DNA of 32,670 nucleotides, from UHGV virus genome UHGV-0203498; one strand, 5' to 3'. The stretch's first letter is position 1. Every line of letters starts with the position of its first letter. Positions 23,249 through 31,707 of the stretch are shown one piece after another. The position numbers were made by a program, and so were the translations under genes. Below the pieces are notes generated by a model. The model did not search any database. It saw only the letters and a program-made list of their open reading frames with translations, and had not been told where the DNA came from. This stretch comes from a virus.

Positions 23249-24678
23249 TGGCTATTAAACAAAAGCGCAAAACACAATCAGGTAGCAATACGGAACACTC
23301 ATTACTCGGGCCATCTGGATCTAAAAAATGGATGGGGTGCCCTGCCGCCCTGGTAGTTGAAAAAGATATCCCGAACGAATCCGGGCAAGCTGCGATTAAC
23401 GGTACGAGTATGCACACGGTATCGGAGGTCGTGCTAAACCGCATCATTGCCGGGGAAAAGCTGATAACCGCGAAGACGTACAAAGGGTGTTACGTCGAGA
23501 ACGAAGGTAAGGGGCCGGTAAAGGCGCACCCGAAAGCACCGAAAGGCGGCGTACTGGTCAGCGATGATATGGTGAAACAGTGCGATGCGTACATCGACCA
23601 CTGGCGACCGCTCCTGGAAGTGGCGGAGTTTGTCCAGCTTGAAATGCGCGCCGATCTGACCCGCGTCTTACACCCTGGCTTTGAGATGGACGGCAACAAG
23701 GTGAAGACGTTCGGCACCGCCGATATGGTCATGGTCATGAAGAAGACCGACGGCTCGTACATGCTGATTGTTGGCGACCTGAAGACCGGGCGACATAAGG
23801 TCGAGGCGAAAGAAAACAAACAGCTTATGTTGTATGCGCTGGGCCTGCTGCGCAAGCTGAAAACTATGTACGACATTACAACCGTGCGACTGGTTATCTT
23901 CCAGCCGTATTGCGGCGGGGCGTCGGAGTGGGATATTTCGGTAGAAGCCCTGGAGATATTCGCTAAGTTTGCGTCAAAGCGTGCTATCGCCGCCCTGGAA
24001 GCGTACGCCCGCGGCAAAAAGGGACTCACCCGTGCCGACTTCCGCCCTAGCGTTGACGCGTGCCAGTGGTGCCGATTTGCGGACCAGTGTAGTGCCCGCG
24101 CTAAGGTCGCAATCGACACGATGACACCACCAACGGCAACAGACGAAGACCTGGGCGACGACGTGAGCGTGGCGACAGAGGAAGAATGCGCCAATCATGA
24201 CCGCAATATGGCCCGCGAAGCTCGGAAAGCGGCACGACGTGCGAAGCGGGGCAAGAAGGAAGAAGCGCCAGGGGCGATGACCACGGCGGAACTGCGTAAG
24301 GCATACGAAGGTCTTGACGCAATACGCCAGCACATCAAGGCTATCGAGTCCGCAGTGTTCAAGGCCGTAATGGCGGGAGATGGTGAATCGCTGGGCCTCA
24401 AGATGGTTGCCGGTAAAGCTGGTGTCCGCAAGTGGGCGGACGAGAGCGAAGTGATTGAAATCTTCACGAAGGCCCGGATCAAGCGCGACGTGATGTACAA
24501 AGAAACATTGCTCAGTCCTACCGACGCCGAGAAGGTATTGAAGGACGAGAAACCGAAAGTGTGGGCAAAATTGTGTGATAAAATCACGCGCGCACCGGCT
24601 AAACCGGTATTAGCCCCTATCGACGACCCGCGCCCTGCGTGGTCTGAAGCTACCGACGAGGACTTAAGTAATGAATAA
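23248..24678 (+). CDS. PD-(D/E)xK nuclease of the Cas4 / RecB type with a four-Cys cluster and a ~170-aa C-terminal extension
   Basis: Nuclease motifs TADMVMV, VGDLKTGRHK and QLMLYA; Cys in WMGCPAAL plus CQWCRFADQC (putative Fe-S cluster). Confidence 0.75.
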   Translation: MAIKQKRKTQSGSNTEHSLLGPSGSKKWMGCPAALVVEKDIPNESGQAAINGTSMHTVSEVVLNRIIAGEKLITAKTYKGCYVENEGKGPVKAHPKAPKGGVLVSDDMVKQCDAYIDHWRPLLEVAEFVQLEMRADLTRVLHPGFEMDGNKVKTFGTADMVMVMKKTDGSYMLIVGDLKTGRHKVEAKENKQLMLYALGLLRKLKTMYDITTVRLVIFQPYCGGASEWDISVEALEIFAKFASKRAIAALEAYARGKKGLTRADFRPSVDACQWCRFADQCSARAKVAIDTMTPPTATDEDLGDDVSVATEEECANHDRNMAREARKAARRAKRGKKEEAPGAMTTAELRKAYEGLDAIRQHIKAIESAVFKAVMAGDGESLGLKMVAGKAGVRKWADESEVIEIFTKARIKRDVMYKETLLSPTDAEKVLKDEKPKVWAKLCDKITRAPAKPVLAPIDDPRPAWSEATDEDLSNE

Positions 24679-24913
24679 AGTATTCGCAGTCTTATTGATG
24701 TTTTTGCTAGGCGCGCTGGGATTTATCTTGCATTGCGTGCAAGGCGTGTTAATGGTGGCCTGGATGATTCGCCATCCAACCCAATGGCTGGACAATGGGT
24801 ATAGCGAAGCTGCCGTCGACTGGGTGGAGAAGAACATTGACCGCCCGCCGTTAAGCTGGATCGAGAACGCCACCAACTACGTGACACGAAATCTTTTTAA
24901 TGAAAATGCTTGA
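24671..24913 (+). CDS. Hypothetical small membrane protein
   Basis: N-terminal hydrophobic segments VFAVLLMFLLGALGFILH and VLMVAWMI; overlaps the upstream gene by 8 nt. Confidence 0.4.
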   Translation: MNKVFAVLLMFLLGALGFILHCVQGVLMVAWMIRHPTQWLDNGYSEAAVDWVEKNIDRPPLSWIENATNYVTRNLFNENA

Positions 24914-24923
24914 CCGCTCAGAC

Positions 24924-24950
24924 GCAACCAAGTAGATTAGCAACCAAGCC
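24924..24950 (-). promoter_or_regulatory. TTGGTTGC motif pair (variant) upstream of the SSB gene
   Basis: Plus-strand GCAACCAAG at 24926-24934 and again 16 bp later. Confidence 0.35.
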
Positions 24951-25003
24951 GAACGGGGTGGCTCACAATAACCCCGATACATGTGAAAATGAGGAATTGG
25001 AAA

Positions 25004-25795
25004 ATGGCTAAAGTCAACCTGAAAAATGTGCGCGTATGCTTCCTGAAAATTTGGGAGCGTGATACCCCAAAACAGGATGGGCAGAAACCGGCATACCGTG
25101 CCGTTATTCTTCTGGATAAAGAAGATCCGCAGGTGGACAAAGTGGAAGCGGCAGCGCGCGCAGTGCTCACCGACAAGCTGAAATCCGAGAAGAATGCCGA
25201 TAAGTGGATGGACCGCCACTACGCACAGGACTCTAAGGAGTGCGCCGTCCGCGACGGTGACGAGCGCGACGAAGTAACCGAAGAGTTTGAAGGCATGTTG
25301 TACATCAACGCCAAGTCGTTTAAACAGCCTAACATCCAAACGTCACTGGGCGAGAAGCAGACCGAACAGGGTCTGACCGTAGAAGGCGACGAGATCGAAG
25401 GCCAGGAGATCTACTCCGGTTGTTACTGCAACGTGTCCCTCGATATTTGGGCGTGGAACAACACCAACGGCAAAGGACTCGGTGCCGGATTGCTGGGTCT
25501 GCGCTTCCGCGAAGACGGTGATGCCTTCGGCGGTGGTGGGTCTTCTTGCACCGATGACGATCTGGACAACGACGACGAAGACGAAGCACCGCGCAAGTCT
25601 AAAAAGTCAAAACGTCGTGATGACGACGATGATGATGACAAGCCGCGCAAGTCCAAGAAATCCAAGCGCCGCGATGACGACGACGATGAGGAAGAGGAAA
25701 AACCTCGCAAACGTCGTAAGCCACGCGATGACGAAGATGAGGACGATGATGACGATGACGACGATGTAAAACCTCGCAAACGTCGCCGCCGTTAA
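25004..25795 (+). CDS. Single-stranded DNA-binding protein (gp2.5-like) with a repetitive basic/acidic C-terminal tail
   Basis: ATG at 25004 preceded by GAGGAA at 8-nt spacing. N-terminus MAKVNLKNVRVCFLKIWE resembles gp2.5-like phage SSBs. The C-terminus is built of repeats such as PRKSKKSKRRDDDDDDD. Confidence 0.55.
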   Translation: MAKVNLKNVRVCFLKIWERDTPKQDGQKPAYRAVILLDKEDPQVDKVEAAARAVLTDKLKSEKNADKWMDRHYAQDSKECAVRDGDERDEVTEEFEGMLYINAKSFKQPNIQTSLGEKQTEQGLTVEGDEIEGQEIYSGCYCNVSLDIWAWNNTNGKGLGAGLLGLRFREDGDAFGGGGSSCTDDDLDNDDEDEAPRKSKKSKRRDDDDDDDKPRKSKKSKRRDDDDDEEEEKPRKRRKPRDDEDEDDDDDDDDVKPRKRRRR

Positions 25796-25813
25796 GGGCT
25801 AAGCCCACTATTC

Positions 25814-25840
25814 AAGCCCGCTTAATGCGGGCTTTTTATT
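25814..25840 (+). terminator. Rho-independent terminator after the SSB gene
   Basis: Stem AAGCCCGC / GCGGGC with loop TTAAT, followed by TTTTTATT. Confidence 0.6.
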
Positions 25841-25853
25841 AGGACAATGAAAA

Positions 25854-26024
25854 ATGATTGTTAAAGCCAGCGAAGTAAAGGTCGGAATGAAGGTGTGGTC
25901 CAAATTGCTGGGCGAGTATTTCATCGTTGCCGAGATTCGCAACAACGGCGAGGAGATAACCCTTTCCGACGGTATCTTCTCCATGATCGGCAGCGCTGAC
26001 GCCGTAGTGAGGATAAAGCAATGA
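25854..26024 (+). CDS. Small hypothetical protein (56 aa) coupled to the DNA polymerase start
   Basis: ATG at 25854; its stop overlaps the polymerase ATG (ATGA). Sequence MIVKASEVKVGMKVWSKLLGEYFIVAEIRNNGEEITLSDGIFSMIGSADAVVRIKQ. Below the ORF-track size cutoff. Confidence 0.3.
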   Translation: MIVKASEVKVGMKVWSKLLGEYFIVAEIRNNGEEITLSDGIFSMIGSADAVVRIKQ

Positions 26025-28312
26025 AAGACTTCGAACGCCTGTTTCTCGACACCGAGACATTCAGCGAGGTGGACCTGAAGAAAGTCGGGGCGTACGCCTA
26101 CGCAGAACACCCATCGACCGAGATTATGATCTGCACCTACGCCATCGACGAGGGCCGCGTGCAGACATGGGACGCCACTGAATCCCCCACAATGCCGCGT
26201 GAACTGCGCAAGGCGCTCCGCCAGGTATCCCGCAAGAAAGCAAAAATCGTGATGGCTAACGGCCTCCTGTTTGACCGCCTGGTTATCAGTGAGAAGTGGG
26301 GAATCGACCTGCCGGTAAGCCAGATCGAAGACACCATGATTATGGCCTTCCGCCACGCGCTGCCAGGTAGCCTCGATATGCAGTGCCAGGTACTGGGCGT
26401 TGACGCAGAGCACGCGAAGGATAAGGCGGGTAAGGCGCTGATCAAACGGTTCTGTAAGCCTACCCCTAAGACCTACAAAATCCGCCGTTACACGCGCGAG
26501 ACGCACCCTGAAGAGTGGGCTAAATTCCTGCGCTATGCCGCGCTGGATATTGTTGCTATGCGTGAAGTCTACTGGCGCATACCAGACTGGGGCAACACGC
26601 CGAAGGAAGACGAAATCCTGCGCATCGACCAGATGATTAACGACCGAGGCTTCTATGTGGACGTTGACCTGGCGAACGCCGCGATCAAGGCGGTGCAGGC
26701 GCATAAGGAAGAATTGAAGGAAGAGGCATGGGAGCGGTTTGGCGGCAAGCTGACCGGCAACGACTTCCTGCCGATTCTGCGTGATATTGCCCCGGCGTTC
26801 ACTATTCACAACGCGCAGAAATCCACGCTGAACGACTTGCTCGAAGACCCGGACTTCCCTGATGAGGGCAAAGCGCTGATTGAGATGCGTCTCGGTGCAT
26901 CATCAACGGCATCGACTAAGTACAATCCGCTCGTCAATGGCCTGTCTGCCGATGGTCGCCGCCGTGGCTGTCTTCAGTATGGCGGGGCGAAGCGCACACT
27001 GCGTTGGGCCGGTAAAGGCTTTCAGCCTCAAAACCTGGCACGAGGCGAGTACAGCGATGACCACGAAGGGAAGATTAAACGCCGCGAGGGCGAAAGCGAC
27101 GTCTCGTTTTGGGTCCGGTCGCACATGCTCACCAACGGCATCAACTCCCTGTTACGCGGTACAGCGCACTGGGCATATGACATATCGAAGCTGACCGCCT
27201 CGACCGTTCGCGGGTGCATTATCCCTGCTAAGGGCAAGAAGTTTGTCGTAGCGGACTATTCAAACGTCGAAGGGCGCGGGCTTGCCTGGATCGCGGGCGA
27301 GAAAACTGCGCTCATGGTGTTTAAAGCCGGTCGTGATATTTATTGCGAGACAGCCGGTAAGATGTTTGGCCTCGACCCGGACTACATCAAAGCCAACCGC
27401 AAGGATTTACGCCAGATCGGCAAGGCTTGCGAGCTTGGCCTGGGCTATGGGGGTGGTGTCGCGGCGTTCTTGCAGTTCGCCAAAAACCTGGGCCTGGACC
27501 TGTACGCGATGGCGGAAGTCATGAAGGGCACATTCCCCGATCACATTTGGGCGGCGGCGAAACGCGGCTATGAGTACGCCCGCATTAACGAAGCGAAGCG
27601 CCCGCCGAAGCCTGGCAAGAAAGACGAGCGCCCAACCTACATACTGCCGAAAAACGTATGGCTGACTTGTGACGCAATCAAACGTATGTGGCGCGAGGCT
27701 CACCCGAAGACGGTCACCTTTTGGGCCGAGCTTGAGGACGCGGTGTTGTGTGCAATCCGCAATCCGGGCAAAGCATACTGGGCTGGCGCTAACGTTCGCC
27801 CGGATGGCAGAAAAGCGCTCAAGATAGTGCGCACGAAGGCGAAGCACGACCCTACCTTCGACGAGGAGCGCGACGACCCGAACGCGGCTGGGTGGTGGCT
27901 TAAAATTGAGTTGCCGTCAGGGCGCATCATGAGCTACCCTGGCATCGCGCTGTCTGTCACGACCGAGATCGACGAAGACACCGGCAAGAAGCGAACCAGT
28001 ACCCGCATCAAATACCAGGGCGAGAATCAGACGACGCGTCAGTGGGGATTCCAGTACACCTACGGCGGCAAACTTACGGAGAACATCGTACAGGCGTTGT
28101 GCCGCGATATTCTCGCATGGTCCATGCCTGGCGTTGAAGCTGCGGGGTATGAAATCGTCCTGTCGGTGCATGATGAATTGATAACTGAAGTGCCAGACAC
28201 GGATGACTACACGACTGAAGAGCTTTGCGCGCTGATGTGCGACCTGCCTATTTGGGCGAAAGGGTTCCCACTTGCCGCAGAGGGCGACATTATGTACAGG
28301 TACAGGAAGTAA
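26021..28312 (+). CDS. Family A DNA polymerase with 3'-5' proofreading exonuclease domain
   Basis: Exonuclease motifs LFLDTETFS, MANGLLFD and YAALDI; polymerase motif A ADYSNVEGRG, motif B RQIGKACELGLGYGGG, motif C SVHDELI. Confidence 0.9.
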   Translation: MKDFERLFLDTETFSEVDLKKVGAYAYAEHPSTEIMICTYAIDEGRVQTWDATESPTMPRELRKALRQVSRKKAKIVMANGLLFDRLVISEKWGIDLPVSQIEDTMIMAFRHALPGSLDMQCQVLGVDAEHAKDKAGKALIKRFCKPTPKTYKIRRYTRETHPEEWAKFLRYAALDIVAMREVYWRIPDWGNTPKEDEILRIDQMINDRGFYVDVDLANAAIKAVQAHKEELKEEAWERFGGKLTGNDFLPILRDIAPAFTIHNAQKSTLNDLLEDPDFPDEGKALIEMRLGASSTASTKYNPLVNGLSADGRRRGCLQYGGAKRTLRWAGKGFQPQNLARGEYSDDHEGKIKRREGESDVSFWVRSHMLTNGINSLLRGTAHWAYDISKLTASTVRGCIIPAKGKKFVVADYSNVEGRGLAWIAGEKTALMVFKAGRDIYCETAGKMFGLDPDYIKANRKDLRQIGKACELGLGYGGGVAAFLQFAKNLGLDLYAMAEVMKGTFPDHIWAAAKRGYEYARINEAKRPPKPGKKDERPTYILPKNVWLTCDAIKRMWREAHPKTVTFWAELEDAVLCAIRNPGKAYWAGANVRPDGRKALKIVRTKAKHDPTFDEERDDPNAAGWWLKIELPSGRIMSYPGIALSVTTEIDEDTGKKRTSTRIKYQGENQTTRQWGFQYTYGGKLTENIVQALCRDILAWSMPGVEAAGYEIVLSVHDELITEVPDTDDYTTEELCALMCDLPIWAKGFPLAAEGDIMYRYRK

Positions 28313-28316
28313 GATT

Positions 28317-28649
28317 ATGAAAAAAGTAAAAGTAGACGTTTATAGATACGAGTTTTTCGTCTCGCCGTGCGCCGACGAGGTGGCGGCAAAATGCAAGCGG
28401 ATAACAGGGTATCAACCTGATAGCGACGATTTTAGCGCTAATGCCTTCGTCGTTTTTGGTAAAGGGACGTGCCTGGTCTGGATGCCCCCAACGGCAAGTA
28501 TTAACACGGTGGCACATGAGGCCACACACGTAGCGATGAATCTCATGCGGGACTGCGGTATTGCGCCTGACCTCCATAACCAGGAGGTTATGGCGTATTT
28601 AATCGGGTATATCGTCGGCGAGATAAACCGGGCAAGGAACGCACAATGA
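28317..28649 (+). CDS. Small HExxH-motif protein (putative zinc metallopeptidase-like)
   Basis: ATG at 28317 preceded by AGGAAG; motif VAHEATHVAMNL; about 110 aa. Confidence 0.5.
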   Translation: MKKVKVDVYRYEFFVSPCADEVAAKCKRITGYQPDSDDFSANAFVVFGKGTCLVWMPPTASINTVAHEATHVAMNLMRDCGIAPDLHNQEVMAYLIGYIVGEINRARNAQ

Positions 28650-28924
28650 CCCCAGAAGGCAAGATTCAAAGCTACCTGATGCGTCGGGTGAAAGCGGTGG
28701 GTGGATTCTGCCGCAAAGTGGCCTGGGAGGGGCGCGCAGGTGCGCCCGACCTGATTATCATCATCAACGGCATCATTGTATTCGTCGAAGTGAAGCGCCC
28801 AGGGGGAAAACCGAAGCCGCACCAGGTGCGAGAGCATGCGCGGATGGCCCGCCGCGGTGCTGACGTTCGCGTCATTGACAACATAGCCGACTGTGATTTA
28901 TTGGTTGCTGAATTGGTCGCATAG
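28646..28924 (+). CDS. VRR-NUC domain nuclease
   Basis: GAPDLIII...VFVEVKRPGGKPKPHQ matches the PD-(D/E)xK core of VRR-NUC domains; start coupled to the upstream stop (ATGA). Confidence 0.8.
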   Translation: MTPEGKIQSYLMRRVKAVGGFCRKVAWEGRAGAPDLIIIINGIIVFVEVKRPGGKPKPHQVREHARMARRGADVRVIDNIADCDLLVAELVA

Positions 28925-28953
28925 CGGTATAGTGTGCCGGTTAGGAGGATTTT

Positions 28954-29127
28954 ATGATTGAAGAAAAACGTTGTAGTAACTGCGGCTGTGTTAAGCCGCT
29001 ATCCCAGTTCCACAAATACACCGGAAAGACTGCGCGCAGTCCAGACGGGCATCGGGCCGAGTGCAAATCGTGCCGCAATAAGAAAGAGCGAGAACGGCAG
29101 CGCCGCTACCGCGCAGAACAAGAATAA
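28954..29127 (+). CDS. Small zinc-ribbon protein (57 aa)
   Basis: ATG at 28954 preceded by AGGAGG at 5-nt spacing; CSNCGC...CKSCRN four-Cys arrangement with a basic C-terminus. Preferred over the overlapping TTG-initiated ORF 28958..29173. Confidence 0.45.
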   Translation: MIEEKRCSNCGCVKPLSQFHKYTGKTARSPDGHRAECKSCRNKKERERQRRYRAEQE

Positions 29128-29169
29128 TCAACACGGCGGGCTTGTCCCGCCTAAAAAGGAACCGGAACA

Positions 29170-30606
29170 ATGAGTAAAAAGATGGCACGATTCCGACGCC
29201 GCGAATATCAGAAATTGATAACTGCGTTTATCCTCAAACATGAGCGCTGCAATATATGGGCGACAATGGGATCCGGCAAAACCGGCGCGACTATGTGGGC
29301 GCTGAACAAAATGTTCCAGACCGGTATCCTGTCCAGCCAGAAGGACCGCGTACTGGTGCTGGCCCCACTGCGTGTTGCATCCGGCACCTGGCCACCGGAG
29401 CAAGAAAAATGGCGATTCCCCGCACTGCTGGTCGTAGACGGCACCGGACCGGAGAAGGACCGCATTGCAGCGCTGGAGAGCGACGCTAACGTCGTTTGTG
29501 TCAATTATGATGTAGTTGAGTGGCTTGTCGAGTATTGCGGCGACGAGTGGCCCTTTACGGTCGTTGTTGCCGATGAATCCACTAAGCTGAAAGGCTACCG
29601 CAGCAAGCAGGGCAGTAAGCGCGCCCGCGCACTGGCGGCGATTGCGCATAAGCACGTCAAGCGCTGGATTAACCTTACAGGCACACCAGCCCCAAACGGA
29701 CTGAAAGATTTATGGGGGCAGACGTGGTTCGTCGACGGTGGCGAACGTCTCGGCAGCAGCTATAAGGCATTCACCGATCGCTGGTTTATTAGCAAGCCTG
29801 TTAAGCCTGGCAGCTTCACGATGCAGCACGCTCCGTTAAAGAACTCCGAGAAAGAAATACAACAACGTCTGTCAGACGTATCCCTAACCGTTGACGCGGC
29901 TGAATATTTCGGATGCGACAAGCCAATCTATACTCCGGTTATTGTGGACCTGCCGAAGAAAGCCCGCAAGATTTACGACCAGTTTGAGGACGAACTATTC
30001 GCCGAACTGGAAAGCGGAACGGTAGAGGCGGCAAACGCCGCAGCGAAAACCGTTAAGTGTCTCCAGCTTGCATCCGGTGCCGTATATAAGGTGGACGAAG
30101 ACGGCGAACGGACCGACGAGTGGGAGAAGATTCACGATGTCAAGCTGGACGCGCTGGAGAGTATCGTGGAGGAGTTGAACGGCGCGCCGTTGCTCGTTGC
30201 ATACCAGTACAAGCATGATCTGGCACGTCTCAAGAAGAAATTTCCGCACGGCGTTGCGATGGGTAAGGGTAAGCAGGGTATCAAGGATATGGAGGCGTGG
30301 AACAGGGGCGAGATTCCCATCATGTTCGCACACCCGGCATCCGCCGGTCATGGCCTTAACCTGCAGGACGGCGGTCATCATCTGGCTATCTTCTCTGACA
30401 CGTGGAACTATGAGCACTTTGCGCAGATTGTGGAGCGTATCGGGCCGGTCCGCCAGATGCAAGCCGGACACCCCAGACCGGTATTCGTCTACATTATCCA
30501 GGCGCGCGGGACACTGGACGAACTGGTGGCAGACCGCCGCGATAGTAAGCGCGATATCCAGGATGACTTGATGGAATACATGAAAGCTAAGAAGGGGCGC
30601 AAGTGA
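29170..30606 (+). CDS. SNF2-family (SF2) helicase
   Basis: Walker A ATMGSGKTG, Walker B VVVADESTKLK, motif III LTGTPAPNG, and C-terminal helicase motifs HPASAGHGLNLQ. Confidence 0.85.
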   Translation: MSKKMARFRRREYQKLITAFILKHERCNIWATMGSGKTGATMWALNKMFQTGILSSQKDRVLVLAPLRVASGTWPPEQEKWRFPALLVVDGTGPEKDRIAALESDANVVCVNYDVVEWLVEYCGDEWPFTVVVADESTKLKGYRSKQGSKRARALAAIAHKHVKRWINLTGTPAPNGLKDLWGQTWFVDGGERLGSSYKAFTDRWFISKPVKPGSFTMQHAPLKNSEKEIQQRLSDVSLTVDAAEYFGCDKPIYTPVIVDLPKKARKIYDQFEDELFAELESGTVEAANAAAKTVKCLQLASGAVYKVDEDGERTDEWEKIHDVKLDALESIVEELNGAPLLVAYQYKHDLARLKKKFPHGVAMGKGKQGIKDMEAWNRGEIPIMFAHPASAGHGLNLQDGGHHLAIFSDTWNYEHFAQIVERIGPVRQMQAGHPRPVFVYIIQARGTLDELVADRRDSKRDIQDDLMEYMKAKKGRK

Positions 30607-31313
30607 CTATTGCAAAAATGACTATCTGGTCGTTGTTTGACGGCAGCGGCTTGATGATCGAGCGTGCTGCCGAAATGGGGCACAAATGCTACTGTTTCAA
30701 CTACTCCGAAGCCGACCACGGGTCTTACCTGGACTACCGTATTTACGGTCGCGGTATCCGATACCGTAATGAGTTTATCGATCTGGACTTCGTGGATCGC
30801 GCGATTAATGGCGATTTTGGTACGCCAGACATCATCTACGCTTTCCCGCCGTGTACGGATCTGGCGGTTAGCGGCGCGCCAGCGTTCCTGCGTAAGCGTG
30901 CTAAAGACCCAGCCTTCCAGCTTAAGGCCGTGCGCACCGCGAAGATCGCCGCTTACCTGGGTGACTTCTTCGAAGTGCCATATATGATTGAGAATCCGCG
31001 CAGTGTGCTTTCCACCCAGTGGCGCAAGCCGGATCACTCGTTTGACCCGTGGGAGTATGGTGGCTATCTGCCGGAGGGTGACGTACATCCGTTGTTCCCT
31101 GAATACATCAACGCCCGTGACGCATATCCGAAGCTGACCTGCTTATGGACCGGCAACGGCTTTCGAATGCCGGAGAAAAAGCCTGTATTCGTTGAAAAAG
31201 GGTACTCGAAGCAGTATAGTCGCCTCGGTGGCAAATCTGCCCGCACCAAATTAATCCGGTCGCTCACTCCGCGCGGCTTTGCAATAGCGGTCAATGAGGA
31301 AAATTTAAAATGA
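30603..31313 (+). CDS. Compact C5-cytosine methyltransferase-like protein (236 aa)
   Basis: Motif I-like SLFDGSGLM, motif IV-like AFPPCTDLAVSG (Pro-Cys catalytic dipeptide), motif VI-like MIENPRSV. No obvious target-recognition domain. GTG start at 30603 overlaps the helicase stop. Confidence 0.55.
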   Translation: MTIAKMTIWSLFDGSGLMIERAAEMGHKCYCFNYSEADHGSYLDYRIYGRGIRYRNEFIDLDFVDRAINGDFGTPDIIYAFPPCTDLAVSGAPAFLRKRAKDPAFQLKAVRTAKIAAYLGDFFEVPYMIENPRSVLSTQWRKPDHSFDPWEYGGYLPEGDVHPLFPEYINARDAYPKLTCLWTGNGFRMPEKKPVFVEKGYSKQYSRLGGKSARTKLIRSLTPRGFAIAVNEENLK

Positions 31314-31627
31314 CGTTCGAAACCATCGATTTTTCGGTCGCAATGACTAACCAGTTATTCACCTACGACAGCAAAACCGGCGTCATTCGTCTGAAGTCCA
31401 CTGGCTGCAAGATTGGCAACCTCAACACTGCCGATGGGGGCACACGTATCGAATACAACGGCAAAACGCTGTCCGGCGCACGCGTGGCGTGGATTATCGA
31501 GACGGGCAATACAATCCCTCCAGGATACGCCGTTGTGTGCCGACAGCGCACGCCAGGACACTACGGCAACCGCATGAGCAACCTTTACCTGGTAGACGTC
31601 GCACGCGACCCTAACTTTTATGCGTAA
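31310..31627 (+). CDS. Hypothetical protein, possibly a degenerate HNH-like endonuclease
   Basis: VAWIIETGNTIPPGYAVVCRQRTPGHYGNRMSNLYLV loosely resembles the HNH_3-type pattern; start coupled to the upstream stop (ATGA). Confidence 0.35.
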   Translation: MTFETIDFSVAMTNQLFTYDSKTGVIRLKSTGCKIGNLNTADGGTRIEYNGKTLSGARVAWIIETGNTIPPGYAVVCRQRTPGHYGNRMSNLYLVDVARDPNFYA

Positions 31628-31661
31628 ATTGGTTGCATAATCATATTGGTTGCATTATATT
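31628..31661 (+). promoter_or_regulatory. ATTGGTTGCAT motif pair forming a sigma70-like promoter (TTGCAT-N17-TATATT)
   Basis: Motifs at 31628-31638 and 31645-31655; -35 at 31633-31638 and -10 at 31656-31661. Confidence 0.45.
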
Positions 31662-31663
31662 GA

Positions 31664-31688
31664 GGGTGTCCGGTTGGACGCCCTTTTT
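31664..31688 (+). terminator. Intrinsic terminator overlapping the predicted transcription start
   Basis: Stem GGGTGTCC / GGACGCCC (one G-U pair) with loop GGTT, followed by TTTTT. Confidence 0.5.
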
Positions 31689-31707
31689 AATACCTGGAGA
31701 CTATACG

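Noticed and set aside
23490-24587. Minus-strand ORFs (234, 130 and 119 aa) inside the Cas4-like nuclease gene
   Set aside because: Antisense to a motif-supported gene, with Ser/Arg/Ala-rich low-complexity translations.
25423-25808. Minus-strand Ser-rich ORF and a plus-strand alternative-frame ORF (25482-25769) over the SSB tail
   Set aside because: These are alternative-frame readings of the GAC/GAT/GAA coding repeats in the SSB tail; the SSB frame is continuous with the N-terminal domain.
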